From Klebsormidium nitens (lineage: Eukaryota; Plantae; Klebsormidiophyceae): a stretch of 46,076 nt of DNA. The position numbers and the translations under genes were made by a program. Where the stretch lies: the NCBI GenBank assembly GCA_000708835.1, contig DF237606.1:1-46076 (forward strand). The letters are read 5' to 3'. The notes beneath the pieces are model-generated. The model searched no databases. It worked only from the letters and a program-made list of their open reading frames with translations, and was not told the DNA's origin. Within the stretch, counting starts at the first letter, position 1, and each line of letters starts with the position of its first letter. Positions 11,301 through 23,475 of this stretch are shown here, piece after piece.

Positions 11301-13274
11301 CGGGAGTATCTGCGGAGACTTCGCTTAATTCGGAGGCCGCAGATCATGGCTTGCTCCTTGTCTTACATGTGATACGAAGTTGCGCTTCTGGACGCCGTCT
11401 TTCTGAAAATTTGAACGGTTGCGCTGAGAACGAGACATGGCTCCTCAGCTTTTCGAGAAACGCTCCTGCTTCTGGGTGCAGGACTTTCAGATGCCGGCTT
11501 TTGCCCGTTCAGCTCAAAGAGCAAGGCTCCAAACATTGACCTCCTGATAAATGAATTTTCCACGCAACTCGTGCAGGAAGAGCAGCGGCTTCTCGCGCGG
11601 CGCGTCCAAGTACCGCGGCGTGACGCGGCACCACCAGCACGGCCGCTGGGAGGCGCGCATCGGGCGCGTGCTCGGGAACAAGTACCTCTACCTGGGGACG
11701 TACCCGACACAGGAGGAAGCGGCGCAGGTGAATTATTCGTCCTGGGAGAACCTTGTCTCAAAAGTCTTTCTGATGACGATTTTTTGGAGTACTCGAAGAA
11801 GTGAGAGGGCAGAATGACAAAGGAAGACCGAGGGGCGAATTCTGGAAAAGCAAGCGAGCGCTAACGGAGGTTCTGGCTTCTCTTGGGTTGCATAATCATC
11901 CACGTTCCTACGTGTATGTGATTCCAGAAGCGTAAGAGCGTGCGACGAACAGCACCATTTCCTACCTGAACGTGGAGTAATCGAAACGCATATTTCAAAC
12001 GGTTTGCTGATCGCCCCTCTGATCGCTCGCGCAGGCTTACGACATCGCCGCGGTCAAGTACCGGGGCGTGCACGCGGTCACCAACTTTGACCTGAGCCGC
12101 TACCTGGAGTTCATGCGCCCCGGCGGCAGCCAGACGCTTCCGGCGCCCCCCTCAGCGGACAGCGAAGGCGGGACGGGCGCCGAAGAAGGCTCGGACCTGA
12201 CTTACGGGTCGCCTAGAAAGAGAAAGAGAGCGGGCTCTGAGCGGCCGGCGGCTCGTTCCTTTGAGCCCAGGGTCCTGTCTACGCAGGTGAGCCGCTTTGC
12301 AGTCAACAAAGATGACAGTAAGTTGACTGCATGGAGCGCTTCTGTGCGTTCGGAAACAGTTTGTCGGAAGAATTGAGACGTGGGGCTTGTGGGCGAGGAT
12401 CGTCTGGAGACGTGATTGCGGATGAAAACTAACGTTGCTGCTTTCATCCTGAAACGGAGGGCACTGAAATCTGCGGGAAAATTGTTTGCAATTTCATGCA
12501 AAGTGCTAAGAACCATTTGACGGCCTCTTTGACAATTCTGGCTTGAACAATCTTGAGTCCCCTCTGCTGCGCCGGATGGTCCTTTTCGGAAGCTGAAGTA
12601 AGACGATTCCATTCTTTTTTCAAGGATAGGAAAGAAGCGATCTAAACCGTGATTTCTCGTGACACCATAGCAGGTTTTGAACGCTTCGACGAGACAGCCT
12701 ACTCAGAGCACTTTGTACGGATAATTCCATTAGATTTATCACTTTCCTCTTGCGTTTCCTCGGAGCAAAGGACGCGTTCTGTTTTCTGACGCGTTCCCTT
12801 TAATCCCCGCAGATAGTGATGCCGTCCCCAGCACCACGTTTCCCCGAGCCGGCGTCTCCCACCGAGCCGGCGTCTCCTTACCAAGTCGACCCGCGAATCG
12901 ACCCCCGCTACGCTCCTCTATCAGTCGACGATCAGCAGGCGCTAAGTGACCAGTTCTACTTTGGGGGGGAGTTCTCCCCCACCCTAGACCAGCCTTTCAG
13001 CCCCCTGAACACCACCCACGCCGTTCATCTGCCGAACCCCCTCCAATACTGCCAGCTCGTTCCGTACCCGAACCTGTCCCTGAACTTTCCCCAAGCTCTG
13101 AGCCAGTTGTTCCCGGTCTATCCTGGGCTCGGCCAGTACCCCCAGACCTTGCCCGGTGCTTACGCCCCGGGTCTTCAAGTGGGGTCAGATAACAGGGAGG
13201 GTGCGGAGGATGCGGTGCATGCGTCGAACGGGCTTGTGCCGCCCGGGTACTCTGCCTGGGACGCGGCACAGTGA
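8350..13274 (+). CDS. AP2/ERF transcription factor with two AP2 domains, basal-ANT/WRINKLED1-like (about 845 aa; possible upstream exon 7586-7795 would give about 955 aa)
   Basis: Exons 8350(or acceptor 8230)-9621, 10061-10206, 10377-10468, 10707-10795, 10988-11061, 11577-11727, 12035-12286 and 12813-13274, all phase-consistent. R1: [62 protein letters not shown]. Linker: [31 protein letters not shown]2: [64 protein letters not shown]. The start codon is uncertain. Confidence 0.92.
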
Positions 13275-16200
13275 CAAGATACGATCACAACAACGGAGTG
13301 GTCAGAGGAGGCGGCTGATGTATTTAACATGCGCTCGCATCCTGCTGGGAGGGGAGTACCGTTCATTGGCGAGGCAGAAAGGTTGACACAACAACGGGGC
13401 GGTCTGTGGAGAGCCCCAAAGCTCTGCTATTTAACGAACTAAATAACTCGTTCGAGATTCTGGGCTGACGCGCTACATCGTCAAGGGTGCTGCATAAAGC
13501 ACTTCGTAGCATTCCACGCTTGAGCCGTTTCTGCATGCAGATAAATGCTGCGCATTCGAACTGTGCCGATAAGCTCTGTAAAACTAAAACCAAGTTGCGC
13601 CACAGTTGTAGGTGAAGCAGGAAGCTAACCCACAAAGATTTTGATCAAGAACCGTAAAGAAACTAAGACAAGTTGCTAACAAAGGATAAGGCTGAGCTGC
13701 GCAGATCAAGACAATATAGAGATCAATACCAAGGCCACGAATAAAGCAAACGTTTGATAGTGAGTGATAAGGTTTGTATCGAATAACAGCCTCGCGTGCA
13801 TCTAAACACTGTAATGCATTGTCAAAACTTGGACCAAAGCTTTTCTTGTTACATACGTGTTTTGCCAAACCCGCAAACGTATGCGAGATGTTTTCCTGTG
13901 CGGATCAGTTTCTTTGTCTATGTTCCACTGTCAGGAAATAGGCTAGTGAATCCGGAAGGCCGCGCGGATTGAATTCACCATGAATTGCCCGCTAAAGAGT
14001 TGAGTAGGCAAGTCAACTGCATTCATAACGTCCTTCGGTTCAAACCCCCTGCACCTTGATGCTCAGGTCATGCGGCGAATAATACACTTCATTGGGGGTT
14101 TAATCACACGATGGCGACGTGTCTGATTCGAGCTGGTACGCCGTTGATCGGTATCGACACAGACTAGATCTTTCGTACCTCTGACATTTGTGGTATTCCT
14201 TTGTAATTGTGGGAGTGATACGCAGATGCCAGAGATGCTCAGGCTCATGCCCATCTGTAGTACAAGCTCGGCACTAGGGCTGTCGAAACGAAAATTAGAG
14301 ATCACGATTGAAGGATCGAACAAGCTCAAAGGTTGAATACGCATGACTCAAGTGGCGCAGAGCTCACGTTGATAAGTCTTGGTTCTTTCAAAAAAGCGCC
14401 ATATTGAAAGATAACAACGATAGCAACAACAAGTGATTAAATAGTTAAACCCAAAGTTGACACGCTCTGCACCCGTACCCACCCCTAGTAAAACTCACAT
14501 TACCCTTCATGGCGCTTACCCTTTCTGAACTTGATCGGGAATTTCGATTTAGTAACATTTGTCACGTAGATGCTCTAGCTCGACCATTTTGAGTACCAGC
14601 TCGGCAGCTGCGTCAATGTGACATTCGAAGTACGTTCTTGTACGTTTGATCGTTTTATGTATGTTAGTGTTGGGCAGTAGCATTTACTTCCTATTATCCT
14701 AGCTTACAGTTTTTAGACAGGCCAGTTAGAACTTATGATGGCAGTGTTCCGGTATCCTTCCTCATTACGATGACAACTGACAGCTTGTGACCACGAAGTT
14801 TGAGATTCGAAAGTAGGGAGACCATGAGTAAAGTCTATTGCATTCGGACCTTGTCCTCTCCGATCATGCATTGTTGATATTGCATGTTCAAGTTGATCTG
14901 AGTTGATCTAGGCAAGCCGGTGGGCGCCTCGGCGCACGGGCCGCCCTGGCGGCCCGCGCGCGACAGCAAAATCCAAAATTCGTAAAACGGTTGACGGTAT
15001 CTACATGAAATGATGACGGTGATTTGACGCACGAACTCCGGAATCATTTTCAGGTCATATATACAGTCTCCTGAAGCATTGACGTTTGTCCAGACGGCAA
15101 GGCCGCTACAAACCAGCTTTTTGGAGAAGGGTGCGCGCGCTTTCCTAGAGTTTAAGCCACTAGTGTACGGTAAGTTGCGTGGCCAAAATGGAATTACCTA
15201 TGTGCCAACCTCGACGCACACTCTAGGACTAGAGTCTCCGGGAAGCTGTGCACGCTGCCTACACTAATCAACAGCTTACAGGTTAGTCTTAAAATTGACT
15301 AGGACCACAATGACAAGGCCTACTTATTATGCAGTCGTCCTTCGCATTTAAACCTAGAAAGCGACACCATTGGATCCTCGGTGTTTCAAGAGCGACAGCA
15401 AGCGGCTGAAGATATTTTCTGTCGTTTTAAGGTCGGGCAATGCAGGAATGAACTTAGCATCTGCATGCCTGCTAGGTTGATACCGCAGCTTTGGCAACGA
15501 TAAGTTTGCCTTTGAAATAGGCGACGCGCTAGCTCCGGTAGCAGCGGTCCCTGAGGAGGGCGCTGATTCTGGCTGTGAAGTGATATGAATGCTGCTGATT
15601 GTAACCTTCTTCCGAATACTGCTGCTGGCAACATATTGCTATCAATTTTAAACACAATAAGTTGTAAACACATCAATTTGCACTTTAAGTCGACCATTGG
15701 CTGAGCAAACAAGAGGAGGCAAGAGACATGGCTCTCAAAGTGTACAGCAATAAGACTCTTCAGGGCGAGTTCCATCACACATACATCTTCTGGGATACCA
15801 TTTTTCCTAAGTTTAATCGCCTTCTTCTGGAGAGATCACCTTCGTTTTCTTTTTCAAGGAGGGCATGTTGACGTCCAAGATGAAAGAAATTGAAGCACAG
15901 TGCTAAAGCGCGTTGGCGCAACACACGCCTGAGAAGCGTTGGCTAGGATGACTAAGAGTCTTCTTCTGGAACTCATCAGCGTTTGTTGCGAGGATCCGTT
16001 TATGACTACAGTCGACAATCTGTTGAAGAGCTGACAATCTCCCTGACTTTCTCAGCTACGCCGATTGCATGCAGCAACTCCAATCACTTTGCTTCCGCTG
16101 TATGTTAATAATTGGACCAAGGACCGAGAGGGAATTTGAAGCAGCAACTCAAGAGGAAGTCCTGAGATTCTTGATTCACATACGCTTGTTGGAGAACGGC

Positions 16201-16629
16201 TCTTGCTTCGGATGCTGCAGACAACTGGAACGAGGACCGCCTCCAAGCTTCCTGTTCCTTTGATGAAAGCAAGAAAATAGCAGGCGGGACAGGCGCCAGG
16301 GTAAGCAGCTGACCGCTTAAGGAGGAGCTCCTCATAGTTAGCGCTTAACCTGAGGCTTTTAAAACCCTGGGCAGGCGCAAGTTTAATTAAGCCTGCTCCA
16401 GATCGGGGCTTGTCAGCCACATGATAGGTGCCTTCGCCATCGGCGAATACGGGTAATGTTTGGCTACCAAGGTCAATCAGCAAGCCAGGTTAAGCACGGC
16501 AATCCTGTGTTGCTGCTGGGGCAGACAGTAATGTACCATTTGTCTTACCGACTGACATAAGCTGCTTCTTGGAACGAAGCAGCGGACAGAACGATCTGAA
16601 TGCTCCTTCCAGAGCTGCTGTGAACGTCT

Positions 16630-18290
16630 CAGTGGCAGTCTTACCTCGATCAACTTGGTTATGAAAAAGGGAAGGTGGTGCAACGAAGCTCTTCTGAAAC
16701 TTCTTCAGCTTCTGCTAACCTCCCATAGACCAGTCCACTAACCCCTGCCAAGCTCTGCCTAAACCAGTCAACTAATAAACACGGTTACCTGTTTTCGTTA
16801 CAGACGCTCGTGTCCCGGGCAGATGAAGGTTTTCCAGAGATCAGCAAAAGCGTGAGCAATTACAACGAGGCTTTCATTAACATCCCGCACTACACCCGGT
16901 TCAACCAACCGGACACCAAGGAGCGGATCCTGCCCTCTGCCTCCGCAGCAACGGTCAGCGCCGCAAGAGCTCTCCGCACTAAGAGTTTATTGACGTTGCT
17001 GGCTTCGTTGTGGACCTCGAATGCCTTGGCAAGAAACGTCTGAAGAGCTGCGTTCTTCGAAAGACTTTGAAAGGTCGTCGAGCTCAACAATGGGCGTTTA
17101 TACGGCGAAGTTAGGGGGGCCACAGTTGCTTAGAATTGAGACACGTGGCAGGTTACGTGCGGCCATGTGAGCCCGTTTCCTTTTCACTCACTGCCAAAAT
17201 TGGATCCTTCACAGCCTCTTTCAAATCGACTGTCGAGCTGCCGACTTTCAAGGCTCGTTTTCCAGGTGTTGACGCCCTGAAATAGCCTGCGCGATACATG
17301 CTCAAAGGCTCTGAAACACACGTCCAAAAAGGGACACGTATGGATCTCACCGACCCCGACGATGAGATTGTCACGAACATGTGAGATTCTGCCACGTGTC
17401 CAGGGAGGCCCTGCTGAGTCGAGCAGCACCTTTTACCAGAAGGCGGTGCTCGAGCCCCGGCCGGAACCCAAGCCAAAAACGAGGCCCATGGTTAACAAGG
17501 CGAACATCCACGAGATACACCAGCCAAGGTGAGAGGCTAGGAGAGACCTTACGTGGAGACTTCCAAATTGAAAAGTGACTTTCGGATCGTCGACCAGCAG
17601 GAACAATGGCCACTATCGAGTCCCTCTTGTATTCCGGGCATCGAAGAATACAGCATCATCTTCGTAGAGGGCCAGTACGTAGCTGCATGCTGGCCGTTAC
17701 GCTTCGACTTCGATGACCTCCTGTGCCTTTGCTGCGAGAAAAGCATAACGTGCGCACCTCGATACCCTCGGTTTGACGCTCTTTCCCGAGTCAGGGTCGT
17801 TACAACCCGGCAAAATGAGACAAGCTTTGTGTTTCCTGCAGGGCAACGGGCGCCCCTTTGGAGGGCTACGGGGCAACTCTGCCCGGGCACAAGAAGGAGT
17901 CCGATCCGAGGCAGGTCACCCATCGACAAACATCCAATTCTGATCGACTTTCTGTTCTGCTGTTTCTGATCTGGAACGCTCGACGCCGATCCTAACGCTC
18001 CACCGCTTTCCGTAGACTTCTGCTTTCAAGCGCACATGATCTAGAGCGGAGGCTCGTGTCATGATTAGACCAGGTCTAGCTTCAGAGTTCCACTAATCTT
18101 TCCAAACAGCTACCAACATCCGATCGGGAACGCTAACCATACACTAACCAGGGTTGTTGAAGGCTGAGCTTTCCTTTCTGCCAGTCAAAGGTGGGTTACG
18201 ACTAACCAGCGCATGTACGTCGATGACCCGGCGAAGGCCCGGCTGCGGCCGCCCCCCCCCGACAAGCTCGACGATGAGGTAAGGGATCAG
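16630..18290 (+). pseudogene. Decayed RPA70-like OB-fold (ssDNA-binding) gene, possibly Helitron-associated
   Basis: Spliced fragments read LDQLGYEKGK|TLVSRADEGFPEISKSVSNYNEAFINIPHYTRFNQPDTKERILPS...RTK, then a frameshift near 16983 gives EFIDVAGFVVDLE. Further on are KGSETHVQKGTRMDLTDPDDEIVTN (after an in-frame TAG near 17283) and SIIFVEGQYV. The order and spacing resemble RPA70 DBD-A/DBD-B (GKVYxISR, NxYEI, IDVIGVV, KRxLxLxD). The match is by eye only. Confidence 0.4.
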
Positions 18291-20598
18291 ACTGAAGGGT
18301 TTCACTTAGCGGAAAGCTTTCCTTTTAAGAACCGGATCATCGCGCAGATATTATGGGTCTAAAGTGGACGATATGTAGCCTCCACTTGACATCGAACCCT
18401 TTACGCCCTGTTTACCGAATATTTGTTCTATTTTCGGGCTGTCAGTGAGCTCGCTTTTGTCGCATATGGGCAGTAGGGATGATCTTCACTCTGCCGCAAT
18501 ATTGTCTGAAGTTTTTTGCAGAGGGACAGCGTTCTGAGGCCCACTGATCCGCAAAACCGTCTCCTTCACACCATCGACGAACGTGGTTGACAGGATTATA
18601 ACCCGGCTCAATTTGCCGTGCAAAAGCTTCAACCATTGTGCTATTGAGTCCTTCGTCTACAAAAGTCCCCGGTGCTTCTTCTCGTGCAGCGGTTCGTAGG
18701 TGGTTTACCAGCCAGCTGTAACCCCAACTTCCCGGAAAAAGGCCGGTTGCTGCCAACCGACCGAACCTTCTTCCGAACCCGATCTTTTCCTGGGGACGAC
18801 GGGACAGCGAGCGATGTGAGGCCGAATGGGAAAAACTGCGGTCCTTCTGGATCTTGCCTCAGCCCCTGCCATTAAACTGTTTCAGCCCTGGCTACCAAAC
18901 GTAGTGAAACGGCAAAAGCGGAGCCCAAACGCTCCTGTGTGCCCTCTGCATCCAAACGTTTTCCATTTCCGAATGTTGCTGTGATTGCATATGGGCTGTG
19001 AAGGTGGTCAGACAAAACTGAGGAAGCCTAGTGTGCCCCCGTATCTTGTTCGGAAATGTTCAACGCATTTTTCGAGTGCGAGTCATGCTCCATGCATCTT
19101 TCGGGGCCTTCTGACGGTCTAAAAGGTTGGTTATCAAATCGGTTCTCGGTGTGTGATTTCGTGCAGTGTTTGAAGGGATCCCCTGTTGCCAGCAATAGCG
19201 CCCAGCTGGATTGAAACCGACACCCTTTATGCACATGATCGGGCCGGACCCTGTGTCAGAGCTAGGCGCTTTTGTGACGGAGTCAGCCTTATGTACGAAC
19301 CGCAAGCGTGAGCAGTATCAAGCGGCGGTTTGTACGTGGGCGAAGAACATCGTAAAGGAATAACGAGTAACTGGACTTTGCACAACTTGGTCGACTGCCT
19401 GGTAAGCTTCTTTTTTCGCCATGGGCTATGTAAGGCAATAGCGGGCCTCGGACGAAGTGAAGGAGCTACAGCCTTTGGAAGATCCCAGCTGTAGTTATGA
19501 CTCAGAAAAGTCCCATCTCTCTGCATGTACTGGGAAACGTGAGAACAACCGCATTCCTCAAAAGACTGTTTCCACGAGTACGTTTTTGCCACAAGCACAG
19601 AACTTCTCAAGATTTTACGCCGAGTTGGCTACTCAGCCGAACGCACCCGGCCCATGACGGCCGTTGCTGAAGAATTGGTCTCAACAGCCGACGCTGCAAA
19701 AACGTGCCAGCATGGTAGAATCGCGGCAGACGAATGTGGGATCCGAGCGTCTCGAAGCGCGTCCAGGTATATGCAAGCGACGTGACGCAAACAGCAGTCA
19801 TGATGCGATTATTTTACTCTTGCAAGCACCGCGCTGAGCTCGTACTTTACAATGCATTCATCTGGATTCATTTCAGATCCGAGAGCTGCATGTACATGCA
19901 AGCTATGTATGCATAGCAGATACGTTGGATGCGAGCCGCCATGCAGTGAGGCTGCTTGACGAAAACCGTCAGTGCTGACCTGCATCCGCTTGATTGACAT
20001 GCGTGTCACTGCCACTGTATCCTGGTCTATAGTATCGAGGTTCTTGAAAGTTTCTCAATTGGCAATTCGAGTTCTGTTTTTGAAAGGACCTCTTCGCAGC
20101 TAGCTTCACAATGAGGCGTCGGACCGCTGATCGATAGATCTACAACCATGCCGCCAGCTTGCTGAGGTCAAGTTGAAACGATGCTGTCACTTTGCACACA
20201 CGAGCCGAATTGTGCGCGGGGCCATGCAGTCGCGGGTCATTCAAATAGCAGGTTGGGTCAGCCTTTCGGCAATCCAAGAGCTGATGAAAACCAAATGCTA
20301 CAATCGAACATAATTCTGAAAGATTCGCAGAGGGAAAGCATACTCTGACTACGTTGGCAAGGCATTGACCCATGAATCGATAAGGTGGTCCGCTACTTCA
20401 AGCTAGCTTGATCCAATGCACTTTAGTTTAGATCTTCATGTTAGGTACCTAACCGTTGATCTTCATCTTATATCTAGCTAGCTTGATGCATGTTCCGGGA
20501 TCCAGTCTTTGACGATCTTCGAAGGACTCAAACCGCGTGTCTTTCCTTGCCAGTCTTTACGACTACATGCCTATTACAAGCTTACGGTACAAAGCTGG

Positions 20599-20726
20599 CA
20601 CCTCTTTGTCAGCAGCATGCGCTATTTCTATTCAAGCACCTCAACCTGCGTACCATTCCTCTCAGATTTCTTCTCAGCCTCTCCAATTGTTAGAAATCCA
20701 GCTTGCTTCCGTTCTGTACAACATCC
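20599..20726 (-). repeat. Degenerate tandem copy of the last ~45 codons of the F-box-like ORF
   Basis: Aligns to 20823-20972 with two internal deletions (about 12 and 15 bp). It reads VVQNGSKLDF*QLERLRRN...CC* versus VVKHGSKLDLNELDRLRKV...CC*. Confidence 0.75.
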
Positions 20727-20827
20727 TTTTCAAAATGCTAGCAAGAACGTATGCAATGCATGTCTACTTGTCTACATATCTACTACAAGGTTACAGGACA
20801 AAGACGGGTCAGGCTTACACATCTTTG

Positions 20828-22294
20828 TCAGCAGCAGCTCTTTTCGATCAAGCACCGTTGGCAGGCCTCGACCTGCGTACTAATCCTTTTAAACACCTTT
20901 CTCAACCTATCCAATTCATTCAAATCCAGCTTGCTGCCGTGCTTGACAACCGTGAGCTTCTGTACAACGTCCCTCACTGCTAGCAAGAACTCGCTGATCC
21001 TCCCTGTGTATTCCATGTTCAGAACAACGCTTCTCAAACTGCTCAGAGAGAGCGCCTCCTGAAAGCGCACCCTTGTACCATACCCCGCATTGAATTCTCC
21101 CATCATGATGTCTACGACGCTCTCCCCGAAGACTAGATGCTTCACCGCGTGCCGGAGAGAGAACACGCGCAGGGAGCTCAAGAAACTCTTCCCCGGTTCG
21201 CTAACCACCCTGGTTAACAACTCTGTTGTCTCTACCGAGGGTACGCAAAGCAGAATTTTCAGCATGTCAGTACATGACCAGAGAGTGTCGCTCTTTCCCA
21301 ATACCAGTTTCTTCAAACTGCAACCCTCTAACCCCCCTAGAAACCCCATAGGCCCCCGCACCGTCACCTCTTCCAAGCTGTGTGCCTTTAGGAACAAACC
21401 GGCTCCCCCCGCACAGTCCAACACCCGTAGACTAGGGACTCGCAAGCTGACATCCTTCCCTCGTACAGGCAGCTTGATCACCAGCTCCTGGAGCGTCTCC
21501 GACCGCAGGTACCGAGTCGCAAAGTCCCCCACAAAGTGACACGTCCGCAGGTTGCTGACACCAGGGATCAGCTCAGAGGGGAACACACAGCGCCTGGCCT
21601 CCACACCGTGCGCCTCGCTCTGCATCGCCTGCTTGACAAAGAACTCCAGCTTGGCAGGGGCGCTCGCCGCAGAGGGGGGGGGCGCCTCCTGGGTCAGAAT
21701 GTCCCCCCAGGACCCCATTGTACAGATTGACAGGGTGCTGTCCTGGCTTCTGGAGATGAGGGGAAAGTCAAAGACCAGCTTCGCAAAGGGGAACATCGCC
21801 ACGTGCTTTGTCTCCTGGACGCCTGCCTGGCGGTCCACCCACAGCCTTTGCACCATGTTGAGCTTCTTTCCCTCCAAAACCACCTCCTCTAGTTCCGAGT
21901 ACCCCACCAGGACACACGAGAGCAGTACTATGTCGGTCGCCTCCATCTCCGGAATGTAGAGCTTCAGGCGCGCCAACGTGCCTTGATACGGCGCCACCAT
22001 TCGTCCCAGGCTGGCTAGGATTGTGGAGCTGCTCGCAATTCTGCTCCCCAGCTCTAGTTCCTTGACAGTGGCCCCCTTGCGCGCTGCCAGGTGTCGCACC
22101 AAAGTGTCAATCTCTAGCTGGGAATCGAGCTCATTGGCCTGAATGCGCGTCCGTGGAAAGGACTCCTGGACAGCATCGCGCATTGCCCGCGACACGCACA
22201 GCATCTGCCGGCGGCCATCGCTGTTCAAGCGATGCAGGATCTGGTTGACGACGTCGCTCGAGAGGCTGAGCAGAGCAGAGACGGCGGGAGCCAT
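20828..22294 (-). CDS. Intronless F-box-like protein with degenerate LRR-like C-terminal region (about 488 aa)
   Basis: Single uninterrupted ORF of about 1.5 kb. The N-terminal LLSLSSDVVNQILHRLNSDGRRQMLCVSRAMRDAV fits an F-box pattern. Repeated LxxLxL motifs follow (VKELEL, LARLKL, LEEVVL, LQELVI, LRVLDC, LKKLVL, LRSVVL). Likely start is the ATG at 22294. Confidence 0.7.
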   Translation of the reverse strand: MAPAVSALLSLSSDVVNQILHRLNSDGRRQMLCVSRAMRDAVQESFPRTRIQANELDSQLEIDTLVRHLAARKGATVKELELGSRIASSSTILASLGRMVAPYQGTLARLKLYIPEMEATDIVLLSCVLVGYSELEEVVLEGKKLNMVQRLWVDRQAGVQETKHVAMFPFAKLVFDFPLISRSQDSTLSICTMGSWGDILTQEAPPPSAASAPAKLEFFVKQAMQSEAHGVEARRCVFPSELIPGVSNLRTCHFVGDFATRYLRSETLQELVIKLPVRGKDVSLRVPSLRVLDCAGGAGLFLKAHSLEEVTVRGPMGFLGGLEGCSLKKLVLGKSDTLWSCTDMLKILLCVPSVETTELLTRVVSEPGKSFLSSLRVFSLRHAVKHLVFGESVVDIMMGEFNAGYGTRVRFQEALSLSSLRSVVLNMEYTGRISEFLLAVRDVVQKLTVVKHGSKLDLNELDRLRKVFKRISTQVEACQRCLIEKSCC

Positions 22295-22855
22295 TCTGTG
22301 AGCCAGCAGCACGCAGAGATACTGAAAGAATGGAGGACATGTCCTGTGCCAAAACTTGGTTAATCCGCATTTCACCTGTCAAAAGCCCCAAGGAGTTCGA
22401 CCCCAAGTTCTGGTGTCCAAAGCCCGCCAATAGCCACTGGCACCAGCAGTCCACCAACATGACAAGTGTCACCCGCACCTTGGGCTCCGGCATTCTTTTG
22501 CGTCCCGCTATGAAATTCAAAGCGACGGTGCAATACTGGACTAGCTGCTGAGTCGCAAGAGGCGTTACAACTGAATCCCGATTCACGTTACTCGGATACA
22601 CGCTAGCAAGCGTGCTTGAGGGTGCCCAACCAGCTGACGCTGTGCTGACGTTGCATTAGTACTCAGGTGAATCCCAGGTCGATCTTACGTTGTGATGACG
22701 TTGCAACAATAATCAGGTTCCAGGCTGTCATCGTACCGTATTTAATGCCTTCTTAAACGGGGTGTTTGCGAGATTTTATGTGCCCAGGGCTTCTCAAACC
22801 AAAACCTTGAACTCGGTTCCGTTGTCTGCCTTTTTACCTGGTCCATTATTGTCTA

Positions 22856-23163
22856 CCGTAGTGGAAAGGTATGAATTCCGAAAAAATAAATAATTATTTG
22901 CCTATCGGAAAGCTACATTACCACTTTTTGGTTCGGAAAGTGGAAATTCGCATTCGTTAAATAATTGCTTGAGTGATATCGGATTTCAAAAAATCCAACC
23001 GGGCACACTAAACACGGCTTTTCCGGGGCAAAAATGGGCTCAGGACCCATTCCCGGTCACATTCGGATTCAAGGTCGGATTCATTAAATATCCGCAAATG
23101 AAGTCGTATTCAATTAAATAATTGCCATTTTCGACCATTCGGAATCATACCTTTCCACTACGG
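22856..23163. mobile_element. Tc1/mariner-superfamily (Tc2/pogo-like) MITE, 308 bp
   Basis: Perfect 19-bp TIR CCGTAGTGGAAAGGTATGA (22856-22874 / 23145-23163), extending to TTCCGAA with one indel. TA dinucleotide on both sides (22854-22855, 23164-23165). AT-rich non-coding interior. Confidence 0.85.
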
Positions 23164-23276
23164 TAACCAAAAGACTAACCATAACCGCCCCCCGGGGCAA
23201 ACAGTAGGGTATTAGTTGCCGAAAGTTCGGAGCAATCAATCAATTGTCAGAGGCTTTCTTCTCACCCCGTTACCGG

Positions 23277-23475
23277 ATACTGGTAACTCCGGAGTGACTT
23301 AACTGGTGAGTGACTTAAGATTCACAAACCCCGACCAAACAAACTTAAAAACCCAACCCAAATAATCACCCGCTCCGCACCCGAACCCACCCTAACCACC
23401 ATACTAACCCCACCCGTCCCCCGGGCGCCTTTCTTAAGTCACTCGCCTGTTAAGTCACTCTTTAGTTACCAGACT
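23277..23475. mobile_element. MITE of about 199 bp with 41-bp TIRs and a 9-bp direct flanking repeat (Mutator-like)
   Basis: Inverted repeats 23280-23320 and 23432-23472 match at 36/41 positions, and each contains GAGTGACTTAA twice. CGTTACCGG lies at 23268-23276 and 23476-23484. The exact boundary is ambiguous by 1-2 bp. Confidence 0.7.

Noticed and set aside
16052-16483. F-box-like phrase ISGLPLELLLQI in a minus-strand ORF
   Set aside because: It lies near the ORF's C-terminus with no downstream domain, and the plus strand looks more coding-like; probably chance.
18442-20400. Several 60-130-aa ORFs on both strands
   Set aside because: No consistent splice chain, coding bias or recognisable motif.
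22635-22700. TGACG pair as an as-1 element upstream of the F-box gene
   Set aside because: The spacing is 11 bp rather than the canonical 12, and the motifs lie in a small local duplication.
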